Below, in pieces: positions 11,381 to 25,349 of a DNA stretch of 64,000 nucleotides (the stretch's first letter is position 1; the number at the start of each line of letters is the position of its first letter). Below the pieces are notes generated by a model, which was not told the DNA's origin, made no database searches, and worked only from the letters and a program-made list of their open reading frames with translations. Source of the DNA: Schmidtea polychroa. Lineage: Eukaryota. A program made the translations under genes and the position numbers. The stretch is from the NCBI GenBank assembly GCA_044892525.1, contig CM097885.1, forward strand, positions 18,230,001 to 18,294,000, read 5' to 3'.

Positions 11381-14300
11381 TTATCCGATCTCTCAGCAAA
11401 TATTTCTACCCTTTTAAACATCTATCCGATTATATCCCTTATTTTCCCTAAAGATTTCACCCACTTGAGCCCTTTAATATGTATCAATCCTCTTAAAATC
11501 CTCAGAGAACTTCAAAAATATGACTTTTAATTAATTGTTATAGAACCAGACAAATAATAAGAGCCCACTAAAAGATCAAAATTCACTAAATTTTCTACAA
11601 ATATATACCATCAAATACTGGAGATGATATATATTGATTGATCATAATTCTTCATCGATTCAGCCAATCATTTTCAAGCGCTATCAGCAAACTAAATTTC
11701 AGTATATTCTACAATCATTTTCAAGTAAATTTAAATTCCTTGTTAAAGTTAACTAGTTTCTTAGCTCATGTTTTTAAAAGTTCATCAATGAGTAAATATT
11801 CTTAGAAAATTATTGAAAAAATTATTTAGTGAAATATATTACAAACTTATCATTAAAAATTTATTCTATCACTTGAAATTAATTTTTATTTAAAAACTAT
11901 TCAATAAAATACCACTAATTATCAAGAAATTAATTAAATTTATCAATTAAATTTATCACCATTAAAACTTTTAATCAGTCAACATGAAATTCTTAGAAAA
12001 TTGTTCAATATCCTCATAAAAATTTATCCTACCACTTGATTATTGTACAAACTCTAATTATTAACCTCATTAAAAATTAAAAATACATCCAATTATCAAG
12101 AAATTAATTAAATTTATCTTAGAACTAACTTTGAATTATTAAATATTCATTCAATAATCATGAAATCCACAAAAATAATAGAAATTTACAAAAATCAAAG
12201 AAATTCACAAAAATGATAAAAATTCATGAAAATGATAGAAATTCACAAAAACGATAAAAATTCATAAAAATTATAGCAATTCGCAAAAATAATAGGAAAT
12301 TCACAAAAATGATAGATATCCACAAAAATTACAGATAATCAAAAAAATTACGGAAAATAATAGAAATCCGCAAAAATAATAGAAATTCACAATAAAAAAC
12401 GATAAAAATTCACAAAAAAGATAGAAATTTACTTGAATAAAACCATCAACTCTAAAAATTATGAATACCTTAAACAACAAATTTGCCTAAATAATCATTC
12501 AAATAAAAACATTAAATACCTTTACGACTAATACCCTTGCGACATGTTGAATGTGAGTAGTACCCTTGTGAGCAATACCCATAGGGGGACAGAATATTTT
12601 GTCGGATAAACTCAGAGTATATATTAATTAACTCATTTTTCATTGAATTAGTCAAATTATCATAAATTTCGATAAAAAATCTAAAGTGGTAAGCAATGTA
12701 AAGAGAAATATTCTTTAAACTTTGATAAAATTAACAATGAAGGTGGTAAGAATCTTCATTAAAGTGAGGAAATTACTCGATGATAAATTCAAATGGGTGA
12801 AAATAATTGGTAGAATAATTCATTAATGGAGGTAAATAATGAGAAGTGGCATAGATAAGAAGAAGGTTGATAAAAATGTAAATATATTAATTGAATTTAT
12901 TTAAAATTATTTCATAAAATTCATAAATTTAATAAAAAAACTTTTAAAACAAATATTTGTGGGGAATAATTAATCAAAATCGGGGGGATATTAGTGATTA
13001 ATTAATGGAAAATAGAGAATCGGGGAATACAAATGATTAAATAGTGGAAATTGGGGGAATATAGGAGATTAAATAGTGGGGTATTGAGAATCGGTGGAAT
13101 ATAAGTGAGAAGGATATGTAATTTAAACTATTTTATTACGTAACAAGCCATGACTAGTTTATTGCATAACAAGCTGTGAACGGGATTTTACCAACATTTT
13201 ACCTAGTATTGAATTTAATTTTTATTGTATTTTTAAATTGTATATATTTTCAATATCATTCTATTGTTTTATTCCAATAATAAGTTTAAAAAGTATATAA
13301 TGATTAATAAATTAATATCGTGTTAACATTTATTTGAGAATTTAAAAAACTTTACTTAAAATTTAGTGAAATATTTAATTTTGATTGTATTTTATAAGAC
13401 ATATATTTGAGTATTAACTTATTTTGATTGAAGTATTATATTCAATATTATGATGATTTTTTTTTCTAAATTAAAATATTTTAGTGTAAAATAGTAAATT
13501 TAATAATGAATAGAATACAATATTAAAGGACTTTTTAAAAAGAAAAATTACTTTCTATTACCTAATTCCATCATTAAGTTTAAGAAGTCTATAACTGTTA
13601 ATAAATCAATTTCTTATTCACATTTTCTTATAAAACTTATATTTTTAAATTAAGTGTAAAGAATTTAATTTTAATTGTATTTTATAAGTCATTTATTTGA
13701 ATATTTATCTTATTTTTATTGAAAGGAGTAATATAATTAATAATATGATAATTGTTTTTGAAATATTTAGTGTAGAATAATAAATTTATTAATAAATAAT
13801 TATTACAATATTAAAGGACTTATACAACAAAATTTTTGTCTTATTCCATAAAAAGTTTTAAAGTATATAACTGGTAATAAATTAATTTCTTATTTAAATT
13901 TATTTAAAAAAGCTTTACTTATAAAATTTATATTTTCGAAGACTTATATTTGAATATTAACTTATATTGATTGAAAAGGGTAATTGATTTAGAAATTAAT
14001 TAGTGTAAATCAAAACATTTAAATTATTAAGGTATTAAAGTACCTATTCAAAAATTTAAAAAAAAAAAAACCTAATCAATAATTTTCAATAAAATACTAT
14101 TCACAGCTTGTTATGTAATAAACTAGTCACGGCTTGTTATGTAATAAAATAGACGCGGCTTGTTACGTAATAAAATAGTTTAAATTACATATCCTTCTCA
14201 CTTATATTCCACCGATTCTCAATACCCCACTATTTAATCTCCTATATTCCCCCAATTTCCACTATTTAATCATTTGTATTCCCCGATTCTCTATTTTCCA

Positions 14301-17300
14301 TTAATTAATCACTAATATCCCCCCGATTTTGATTAATTATTCCCCACAAATATTTGTTTTAAAAGTTTTTTTATTAAATTTATGAATTTTATGAAATAAT
14401 TTTAAATAAATTCAATTAATATATTTACATTTTTATCAACCTTCTTCTTATCTATGCCACTTCTCATTATTTACCTCCATTAATGAATTATTCTACCAAT
14501 TATTTTCACCCATTTGAATTTATCATCGAGTAATTTCCTCACTTTAATGAAGATTCTTACCACCTTCATTGTTAATTTTATCAAAGTTTAAAGAATATTT
14601 CTCTTTACATTGCTTACCACTTTAGATTTTTTATCGAAATTTATGATAATTTGACTAATTCAATGAAAAATGAGTTAATTAATATATACTCTGAGTTTAT
14701 CCGACAAAATATTCTGTCCCCCTATGGGTATTGCTCACAAGGGTACTACTCACATTCAACATGTCGCAAGGGTATTAGTCGTAAAGGTATTTAATGTTTT
14801 TATTTGAATGATTATTTAGGCAAATTTGTTGTTTAAGGTATTCATAATTTTTAGAGTTGATGGTTTTATTCAAGTAAATTTCTATCTTTTTTGTGAATTT
14901 TTATCGTTTTTTATTGTGAATTTCTATTATTTTTGCGGATTTCTATTATTTTCCGTAATTTTTTTGATTATCTGTAATTTTTGTGGATATCTATCATTTT
15001 TGTGAATTTCCTATTATTTTTGCGAATTGCTATAATTTTTATGAATTTTTATCGTTTTTGTGAATTTCTATCATTTTCATGAATTTTTATCATTTTTGTG
15101 AATTTCTTTGATTTTTGTAAATTTCTATTATTTTTGTGGATTTCATGATTATTGAATGAATATTTAATAATTCAAAGTTAGTTCTAAGATAAATTTAATT
15201 AATTTCTTGATAATTGGATGTATTTTTAATTTTTAATGAGGTTAATAATTAGAGTTTGTACAATAATCAAGTGGTAGGATAAATTTTTATGAGGATATTG
15301 AACAATTTTCTAAGAATTTCATGTTGACTGATTAAAAGTTTTAATGGTGATAAATTTAATTGATAAATTTAATTAATTTCTTGATAATTAGTGGTATTTT
15401 ATTGAATAGTTTTTAAATAAAAATTAATTTCAAGTGATAGAATAAATTTTTAATGATAAGTTTGTAATATATTTCACTAAATAATTTTTTCAATAATTTT
15501 CTAAGAATATTTACTCATTGATGAACTTTTAAAAACATGAGCTAAGAAACTAGTTAACTTTAACAAGGAATTTAAATTTACTTGAAAATGATTGTAGAAT
15601 ATACTGAAATTTAGTTTGCTGATAGCGCTTGAAAATGATTGGCTGAATCGATGAAGAATTATGATCAATCAATATATATCATCTCCAGTATTTGATGGTA
15701 TATATTTGTAGAAAATTTAGTGAATTTTGATCTTTTAGTGGGCTCTTATTATTTGTCTGGTTCTATAACAATTAATTAAAAGTCATATTTTTGAAGTTCT
15801 CTGAGGATTTTAAGAGGATTGATACATATTAAAGGGCTCAAGTGGGTGAAATCTTTAGGGAAAATAAGGGATATAATCGGATAGATGTTTAAAAGGGTAG
15901 AAATATTTGCTGAGAGATCGGATAAGATGGGATATTGTCGGTGAGATTTAATGAGTGATCGGTTAAGATGGGGAAAATATGATCTTTTAAGGGGATATAG
16001 TCGGTTAGATTTAATGTGAGATGGGTTAAGATGGGAATATATCATTGTAAGGGAGATATAGTCGATTGAATTTAATGAGGGATGGGTTAAGATGGGAATA
16101 TATGATTGTAAGGGGGATATAGTCGATTGCTTTTAATGAGGGAAGGGTTTCGATGGGAATATATGATTTTTTAAGGGTGATGTTGGTAAAATATCAATGT
16201 TTTTTAAGGAAATTGCAATACATTAGTCAGTTATGAATCAATAATAATTATATCGTTTTATTAGGTTGTGATTAATCCATTGTATATTAATTTAGATTTA
16301 TGGATTATTAAGTAGGGATAATGATCGATTTACTTGGTTTTGACAATGAAAACTTTACAGATAATTGGGATTGATATCAACTTTAAATTATTTTTATCTT
16401 TATTTAGACGGAGAATGACAAAAGTTTAGAAATATGGACTTAAAACATCGACTAAATAAAATTGATCTTTATTGAAAGAAATCTATCGATTGATTTTAAT
16501 TAGTAATTAAATCGATTGAATATCGGTAAAATGATCATTTGAAGAAATATATTTTATTGAATGGATAAATTTAATCTTTTAATGGGACCTAGTCAGTTAT
16601 ATTTATTTTAAATTTCGAGTACAGTGATTAACAAAAATTTAATTATAACCGGTTTTATCATTAGATTTTATCAATTATTTAGGGTTAATGACCAAATTAT
16701 TTTACATGTTTTATAATATTCGTGATAATAGGAATTAAAGTCATTTAAAGGGGATTTTAAGCAATCTTATTAGTCTGAGGTAAATATATAACCTTTTAAG
16801 GATATTTATCGATAAAATACTAATCTTTAAAGATAGTTATTTCAGGGAAATTTGATGCTTTTTAGATGATTTTAGTGAAATATTTGTAATAATACGAATT
16901 AAGGGTTGAAATATAGTCATTTAAGGGGATTTTAAGGAATCTTGTTAGTTTGAGGAGAATATATGATCTTTAACAAGTACTTATCATTAAAATACCAATC
17001 TTTAAATATTGATATATTTAGGGGGAAAATGATGCTTTTTAGATGATTTTATTGGAGAATTCACTTGGATATACCAATTATTGTCATTTGAATGAATTTA
17101 CTGGTTTGTTAGATGTTATCATTAGTTATCTAGTCTCTTTTGGAATTTAATGATAATTATTTTTATTGTAGATTGCTGACTTTGATAATGATCAGCATTT
17201 TTTTTTATTTATTGGATGATTAGAATTTTTTCTTGTCCATTAATTAAATTTTTATGATATTTATTTTGAATAATTTAAATTTTTACAATTATTTAATCAA

Positions 17301-18301
17301 TTTTTACCAAGTTATTGATGCCTTGAGTTCAAATAATTTTTCATCCAATTTTTCAAGGGAAGAGTATTTGCTTTTAAAGATCAATTTGTTAGTACATAGT
17401 TGTTGGTTCTAGGTAGTTGGTTGTTAGTACTTGGTACTTGGTAGTTGGTATCTGATTGACTTTTTAGATTTTGATAAGAAAATAGTGTATGCGATGAAGA
17501 ATATTTTGTATTTAATTGCTATTATTTTTATGTGTGGTTAGTTGATTGTTGGTACTTGGTATCTTGTTGTAAGTACTTGGTAGCAGGTATCTGGTTGTAA
17601 GTATCTAGTTGTAGGTTGATATTTGTTAATTTCTCGATGGGTTTTGATGGTGGTTGTTAGTACATGGTTGTAAGTGTTTAGTATTTAGTTGTTTGAAACC
17701 TAGTGGTTAGTACATGGTAGCTAATTAATGAGTAGGTGGGGATTAAGAGTGATCAATACCCCTACGACTAGTACCTTTACGACCAGTACCCTTACGACTA
17801 ATACCCTTACGACCAGTACCCTTACGACCAGTACCCTTACGACCTGTACCCTTAGGGGGTCAAAACATCCTGTCGGATAAACTCAGAGTATATATAATAA
17901 AACCGATCAACAATAAGTATTTATTGAATGCGATTTTTACATTGCAATAATAAGTCAGTAGTTATCATTTAAAAGAAGAATGTTTTGTAAATTAGAATTC
18001 ATTAGTCTTTCATTGTAATTATTTTGAATTCCACGTGGTGATGAGTTGTGGTTTTTTGATGAAAATCATCATTTTTGTTAAATTTGAAAAGGTTTTTCTA
18101 ATGATTGTAATTAAATATATTTTTGAAGATAGATAAAAAATTAATTTAAAAAGCATTTCATAAAATACAGTGAAGAATATTTAGTAGCTAGTTGTAAGTA
18201 TCTGATTGTTTGAGAGTTAGTTAGTACGTGGTATCATGTTGTAAGTATTTGTTAGCACCTAGTTAAAAAATAATCAGTAACCGATTGTTGGTAACTGTTG
18301 A

Positions 18302-18365
<64 letters not shown>

Positions 18366-18669
18366 CATTTAAATTTCCATTTAAATTTCCATTATAAATT
18401 AAATTTCTCAAAAAAGTTGGTGGTTATTCAATCTTTTTATAATAAATTTAAAAATCTTAGTTTAATTTACTTAGTACATTAATTATTTAAAAATTATTAC
18501 TTTAATTTACTTATTTAATTTAAAATTTGAACCTTAATTTACTTTTTTAAAAATTATTACTTTAATTTACCTAATTATTCTTTATTACTTAATTATACAC
18601 CATAATTTACTAAACAACTAATTATAACCCTTATTTTCATATTTAACCAATAATTTCATGTGGTCATCT

Positions 18670-20130
18670 GCTTGTAAGTGTTTGGTATCTAGTTGACAGT
18701 GCTTATTACTAGGTAAGTTACTTGGTTGTTAGTACTTGGTATCTAGTACCTGGTTGATGTTGGTTGTATGTACTTGGTATCTAGTTGTTAGTAACTAGTT
18801 GTAGGTAATTAAAGCTTAGTAGTTGGTAACTGGTTGTTAGTACTTGGTAGTTAGTAGCTAGTTGGTTGTATGTACTTGGTATCTAGTTGTTAGTAACTAG
18901 TTGTAGGTAATTAATGCTTAGTAGTTGGTAACTGGTTGTTAGTACTTGGTAGGTGGTAGCTAGTTGGTTGTAGGTACTTAGTAGTTGGTTGATAATGCTT
19001 AGTACTTGGTAGGTGGTTGTTAGTTGGTTGTAGGTACTTAGTAGTTGGTAATTAATGCTTAGTACCTGGTTGATGTTAGTTGTAGGTACTTAGTAGTTGG
19101 TAGCTAGTTGGTTGCTATCAGGTAACTAGTTGTTAGTAACTAGTTGTAGGTATCTGGTTGTTAATACATGTTCGTAATTTACTGGTACTTGGTATCTAGT
19201 TGTTAGTTGTTAGCGGGTTGTTAGTAACTAGGTATCTAGTTGTTAGTACTTGGTTGATAATGCTTAGTACCTGGTTGATGTTGGTTGTTAGTACTTGTTA
19301 GGTGGTAGCTAGTTGTTAGTAACTAGTTGTAAGTACTTGGTATCTGGTTGTTAGTTGTTATCTGGTTGTGAGTACTTGGTAGCTAGTTGTTAGCTGGTAG
19401 TTAGTACTTAGTATCTAGTACCTAGTTGGTTGGTTGTTAGTACTTAGTATTTAGTTGGTTGTAGGTACTTAGTAGTTGGTTGTTGTTGGTTGTTAGTACT
19501 TGGTAGGTGGTTGGTTGTAGGTACTTAGTAGTTGGTTAATAATGCTTAGTACCTGGTTGTTGTTGGTTGTGAGTACTTGGTATCTAGTTGTTAGTTGTTA
19601 GCTGGTTGTTAGTACTTGTTAGGTGGTTGTAGGTACTTGGTAGGTACTTGGTAGTTGGTAATTAATGCTTAGTACCTGGTTGATGTTGGTTGTTAGTACT
19701 TGGTAGGTGGTTGGTTGTAGGTACTTAGTAGTTGGTTAATAATGCTTAGTACCTGGTTGTTGTTGGTTGTGAGTACTTGGTATCAGGTAACTGGTTGTTA
19801 GTATCTAGTTGTAAGTACTTGGTAGTTGGTTGTTAGTTGTTGGTATCAGGTTGTAAGCTGGTTGATAGTACTTGGTATCTGGTAATTAGTTGTAAGTACT
19901 TGGTTGTTTGAGAGTTATTTAGTACGTGGTATCTAGTAGTTAGCTGGTTGTAGCTAGTTAATGGGTAGGTGGTTGTTAGTAGTTGGTATCAGGTAACTAG
20001 TTGTAGGTATCTAGTTGTAGGTATATGGTATCAGGTAACTGGTTGTTAGTAACTAGTTGTAGGTATCTGGTTGTTAATACATGTTCATAAGTTACTGGTT
20101 GTTGGTACTAAGTTGTTGGTTTGTTGTTGA
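18670..20130. repeat. Mirror copy of the strand-skewed minisatellite
   Basis: Reverse complement of 7190-8640. Confidence 0.9.
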
Positions 20131-20549
20131 ATTATTATTAAAATTTGTCTTTGAAAAATATTTCATAAAAATTTTCATTAAAAATTATCTTAAAAATTTC
20201 CATCTAAAATTATCATTGAAAAATATTTCATAAAAATTTCCATCTAAAATTATCATTGAAAAATATTTCATAAAAATTTCCATTAAAAATTACTTAAAAA
20301 ATTATTCCATAAAAATTTCCATTAAAAATTACCATTGAAAAATATTTCATTAAAATTTCTATTAAAAATTACTTAAAAATTATTTCATAAAAATTTTCAT
20401 TAAAAAATTTCAATTCTCAAACACCTTCTATTATTTTGTAATTAAATTTTAAAATCTTACTTTAATTTACTTATTACATTACTTTAATTTACTTATTTAA
20501 AAATTATTACTTTAATTTACTTATTTAAAATTTTTTACCATTGATTACT

Positions 20550-21345
20550 TAATTTAAAAATTTGGACCATTATTTACTGTAATTTAATTTTTTAGGACCA
20601 TAATTTACTTTAATTTAATTTTTAGAACCATAATTTACTTTAATTCAATTTTTAGAACCATTATTTACTTTAATTTAATTTTTAGAACCATAATTTACTG
20701 TAATTTAATTTTTAGACCATAATTTACTGTAATTTCAATTTTTAGACCATAATTTACTGTAATTTCAATTTTTAGAACCATAATTTACTTTAATTCAATT
20801 TTTAGAACCATTATTTACTGTAATTGAAAAATTTGATCCATAATTTACTTTAATTTAATTTTTTAGGACCATAATTAACTGTAATAGAAAAATTTGGACC
20901 ATAATTTACTGTAATTTAATTTTTTAGGACCATAATTAACTGTAATAGAAAAATTTGGACCATAATTTACTGTAATTTAATTTTTTAGGACCATAATTTA
21001 CTTTAATTTTAAAATTTGGACCATTATTTACTTTAATTGAAAAATCTGGACCATTATTTACTTTAATTTAATATTTTAGAACCATAATTTACTTTAATTT
21101 AATATTTAGAACCATAATTTACTTTAATTTAAAAATTTGGACCATAATTTACTGTAATTTAAAAATTTGAGCCATAATTTACTGTAATTTATTTTTTAGG
21201 ACCATAATTTACTTTAATTTAAAAATTTGGACCATAATTTACTGTAATTTAATTTTTAGGACCATAATTTACTGTAATTTAAAAATTTGAGCCATAATTT
21301 ACTATAATTTAATTTTTTAGAACCATTATTTACTTTAATTGAAAA
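20550..21345. repeat. Mirror copy of the 30-bp minisatellite, roughly 26 units
   Basis: Reverse complement of 5641-6770 with fewer units. Confidence 0.93.
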
Positions 21346-22179
21346 ATTTACCACGTTTTCTAGTGTAGACCACCTATTTCTCAGGACCATCGAGACCCCC
21401 TCACTATAGTGTGAAAAATCCATGCTTTTTTATTGAAGACCGCCTTTTTGTATTGAAAAAATTTTGTATTGAAAATCCCCGGACCATCGAGACCCCCTCA
21501 CTATAGTGTGAAAAATTGCGTAATCAAAAGTTGCAACAAAAAAATTACGGCAACAAAAAAAAGTTGCAACAACCCCCCCCCGGGGGGGGGGGGGTAATTG
21601 TTGCCGTAAGCCACTATCTACCTACTTATTATAACGAAAACCAATTAATTATAAATATTTATTATACATGTGTATATACATTAATATTTAAAATTTCTTT
21701 ACTCCGTATTTATTAAACCTAAGTTCAGAGTTTTGATCATTAAGTTTCTATTAAGGTTACTATTATAATATATTTGAGAAGATCAAGTGATCAACTTTAA
21801 CATTTAACATTGAATTCTAAATAAAAGAAATTAAAGATTATCATCAATTGTCCTTCCTTTTTTCAAAAGATTTTCAAGATTTTTCTAGGCTAAGTAGCAT
21901 TTTCTATGCTCAAAACTGTTTTCATGATCAGCCATCTTCGGATTTAGTCGCCCGTTTGCAAAAACCTTTAGATATACCAGCAAAACAGTTTTGTTTTAGT
22001 TTAACTTCTGAAAACAGTAAACATGGAAACCAGAATATAAAAATTTAATATGAAAAAAAGAAAGAAAAGCAAAAAAAATTTAAATGATCATTTCACAGTT
22101 TTGGCGCCCTTCGACTCGGCGCCCGGGCGGTCGCCCCATTCGCCACCCCCTAGATACGACTCTGCTTTCCATAATCGGT

Positions 22180-24040
22180 TTAGTTCTCTGCTGACTTCAC
22201 TAAACATACAGAGATAGTTAAACTTCCGTCGGCGGTGAGTTCCATGACGATCCCCAGGCGGCGTCTAACAAGCGTTTCGGAAATTCCATGGACCCGCATT
22301 TGGCTTTCATTATTCAGGACTGTTCGTAACCAGCTTGCTACCGTGGCCGAGTCCACCATCAACTTGATTCTCTTAATTCCCCATTGTATTGACAAGTTGA
22401 TAACCTTAAGCACCGAGTCAAGTTCTGCAACATTTATATGAGAGTGGTCATCGGGTTTTCTGAGCCACGAAGCATCCTCAACAACATCATCATTTATTAC
22501 CAGCAGAACCCCTAGGGCGAGACTACTCGCATCACACCACAGAACCCCGCAATCACTATTAGTTACCGTCCATCTTCCCTTGACCGGGTCGCTTGTTTTA
22601 ACACGAGTGATCACTTCTGCCAGCTTCGATTCGCATTCTTTTCCAATTAACTCATCCTATTTAGCTCCCATTGCAGTCTTTTTAATATAACTGCACGCCA
22701 CTGTGAGCCACCCTGCGACTGGATAATGTCCAACCAGCTTACGGAATATAGAGAACAGCGTACGACGAGTGATTTCACTTGTGTTTGCATCGACATCTTT
22801 TCCCCTGATCCATGACAGGTGGCCTACATGATCACGTTTTATTCTTTATCCTTTGCGTTTTTTATTGATTCTGCTGGCTTTGTGGTCAGGCCGTATTGAG
22901 CTAAGTGATTCACGACCTCGTCAATTTGAACTTTGCCTGTGTCTACAGCGATGTCATCAATGTAGTGATCTGTCGCATCTTTGATTCTGGGGTGGAGGCT
23001 TAACACTTTTCTGAGCACTCGAGACATTATTTTTGGAGCACAGTTGAGGCTGAATCCCAATCTTGCTAAGTAATACAACTTACATTTGTATCGAACTTTT
23101 GGTATTCCCAAAGTTCTTCGCTGACATGTAACTGCAAATAGGCATTCTTTAAATCGAGCATTACCACTTGATCTCCCATTTGTCGTCATTTTTTTAAACT
23201 TTCACCACACACATTACTGTCACCGGTGTGACTCTTATCGTAATTATTGAGATCTCTAAACTCAAAAACCGGTCGGACTTTTCATTTGTTTTCTTGCACT
23301 GCTGCTAGCAAGGGCAAGATACCATGATCGTCGCTATTCGCCGGAGTCAACCAGTCTTCCTTGATCCAGCACTCGATCTCCTTTTCGTACTCCTGTCGTA
23401 TTTCTGGTTTTACTGCATATTCTGCGACAAGGTTTTTCAGCAAGGCAGGCTTATCTCTCCACTTCCAGGACATGGTCCATTTGTTCCCGTCGATTGACGC
23501 TAAAAAATCGTCATCTTCAATTTTTACTTGGTTCTGCTTCACGGTCTTTACTGATGAGACATCACATCCACCAAATTGCACTTCTTCATTATTGATCCGA
23601 ACGCCTCCAAGAAGTCCTATTGCATCAAATCCCAGAACAATGTTGACTCCTGCTTCGAGATTTTTTTATTATTAAACAATTTACCATGACACATGATCAC
23701 CGCACGGATATTCTGAATTAACTCTCCTTCGCAAGCCACTCTAAGACCGTCTACAGATATGATGTCCATGGTTTCGCCTCTATCTCTCGCAAGCCTGTTA
23801 TGCAATCGTTTGGAAGCATCCGGAATCAAATAATCCAACGCACCACTTTCCATTCACCTTGAGCTTGACTATCACCTGCGCCATTCCCGACGTTATAGAG
23901 AAATCACTGGCGCTACAGTTTCTCTTCTGGCGTTTCCCTGCGATCTTTTTGGACATTGTCTGGATGAGTGCCCTGTGTTCCCGCATGTCACACATTCTTG
24001 CATGGGACATTTGTTCACGTAGTGACCCGGTCTCCGATCG
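22180..24040 (-). mobile_element. Degenerate Ty3/Gypsy-like gag-pol fragment (Zn knuckle, protease, RT, RNase H)
   Basis: CVTCGNTGHSSRQC (23893-24126), LFDSGC (23798-24010), RLGFSLNCAP...YIDDI (22839-23189), WCDASSLALG...HINVAELD...VDS (22180-22614); several frameshifts; no LTRs seen. Confidence 0.88.
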
Positions 24041-25014
24041 CTAAGAAAATGAAACCATTTTCGGACGGAGAATTTGTAAAAGAATATTTGGCAGCTGTTA
24101 TAGAAGACGTTATGCCAGATAAACATAAAATGATTTCAAGCATAAGTTTGTCGCGTCAAACAATTTGTTGTCGCATTAATGATATTTCAGATGAAATAGT
24201 GGTGACTTTACGAGAGCGGATTCAACAATTCAAAGCATATTCTCTAGCTTTCGACAAAGTACAGTTATTTCAGATACATCACAACTAGCTGTATTTATTC
24301 GTGGCGTTAACGATTCTTTCAGAATGACACAAGAAATGTTAAATTTGAAATTTGAAAGACACCACTAGAGGAGGGGATGTTTTCACGCTATAAAAAAATA
24401 TTTATCCTGGAATTCTTTACATTTAGAGACTAGACTAACAACGGATGGTGCGCTTGCTATGATTGGTAAAAATAAAGGAACTGTAAAGTTGTTTATGGAT
24501 GAACTTGAAGCTTCATCTGTTAAACCAAGTGAAATATTTGTAATACACTGTTTGATACAATTTATGTGCCCAGGTATTGTCCATGAACCATGTCATGGAT
24601 GTGGTAATAAAAACAATTAACTATATTCGATCAAATGCGCTTCAGCATCGCAAGTTCAAAGTATACCTTGACAAATTAAGTTCGGAATACGGCGATATTG
24701 TCTATTTAACTAAAATTAGATGGTTGAGTCGCGGAACATGTTTAAAAAAATATTTTGAATTACGGGTGGAAATAGAAAATTTTATGGCTGAAGAGAGAAA
24801 TTCAGCTTCAAATTTAAATGGCGAAATGTGGTTGTTGGACATGTGTTTCTTAGTAAATATAACCGAAAAAATTAACCAGATAAACAAGGAGATACAGGGG
24901 CAAGATAATTTAATTATTGATGCTTGTAATCATATCAAAGCATTCCAAACCAAGCTAATTTTATTTGAGTCCCAACTTAGAAATAACAATCTTCCCACAC
25001 TCGTGCTTTGTTGA
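24035..25014 (+). pseudogene. Degenerate hAT (Buster/SPIN, GTF2IRD2-like) transposase fragment
   Basis: KPFSDGEFVKE, SLSRQTI, YSLAFD, TTDGA, HC, INYIRSNALQHRKF, RWLSRG across frameshifted ORFs. Confidence 0.9.
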
Positions 25015-25349
25015 TTGCAAATTTTCGACTGTTTGGTTTGTCCGTCGTATTTTAAAATCTAAGAAGGATTTACCTTTTAGATTAAATTGCTCGGGTTGAA
25101 ATTTTGGGTAATTGATAATGATTTAAATTCGCTATTTATATTATTTTCTGCGTCTTTCTTACTATTAAAATTAAATTAATATTTTTTAAGTGCTATTATT
25201 TGTTATTATTATTTGCATCATAAATATTTAAGTGTTATATTATCTTAGAGTAGTATGATTGGAGCTCCCCAGACCAGGAGCTCCCCGCGCCACATATACC
25301 CCCTCCCCCCCCCGGGAAAAAAAAATTTTTTTTTTTTAATTTTTTGTTT

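Larger units (their letters stand above)
5079..21626. mobile_element. Element A: 16.5-kb palindromic non-autonomous Polinton/Maverick-like element
   Basis: Termini AGTAGGTAGATAGTGGCTTACGGCAAC / GTTGCCGTAAGCCACTATCTACCTACT; 6-bp TSD TATTAT (5073-5078, 21627-21632); inverted arms 5079-13149 and 14157-21626; mirrored ORFs 11261-11530(+) and 15776-16045(-) translate identically. Confidence 0.9.
4910..22164. mobile_element. Non-autonomous hAT element (about 700 bp of its own) split by element A
   Basis: TIRs CAGAGCCGTAGCTAGGG (4910) and CCCTAGATACGACTCTG (ends 22164); perfect 8-bp TSD CTTTCCAT at 4902-4909 and 22165-22172; GGCGCCC subterminal motifs at both ends. Confidence 0.88.

Noticed and set aside
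11261..11530. 89-aa ORF and its mirror as a real gene
   Set aside because: It reads through a 60-bp tandem repeat; identity with 15776-16045 only reflects the palindrome.
18670..20130. G/T-rich strand as an interstitial telomere
   Set aside because: No TTAGGG-type fixed-period repeat.
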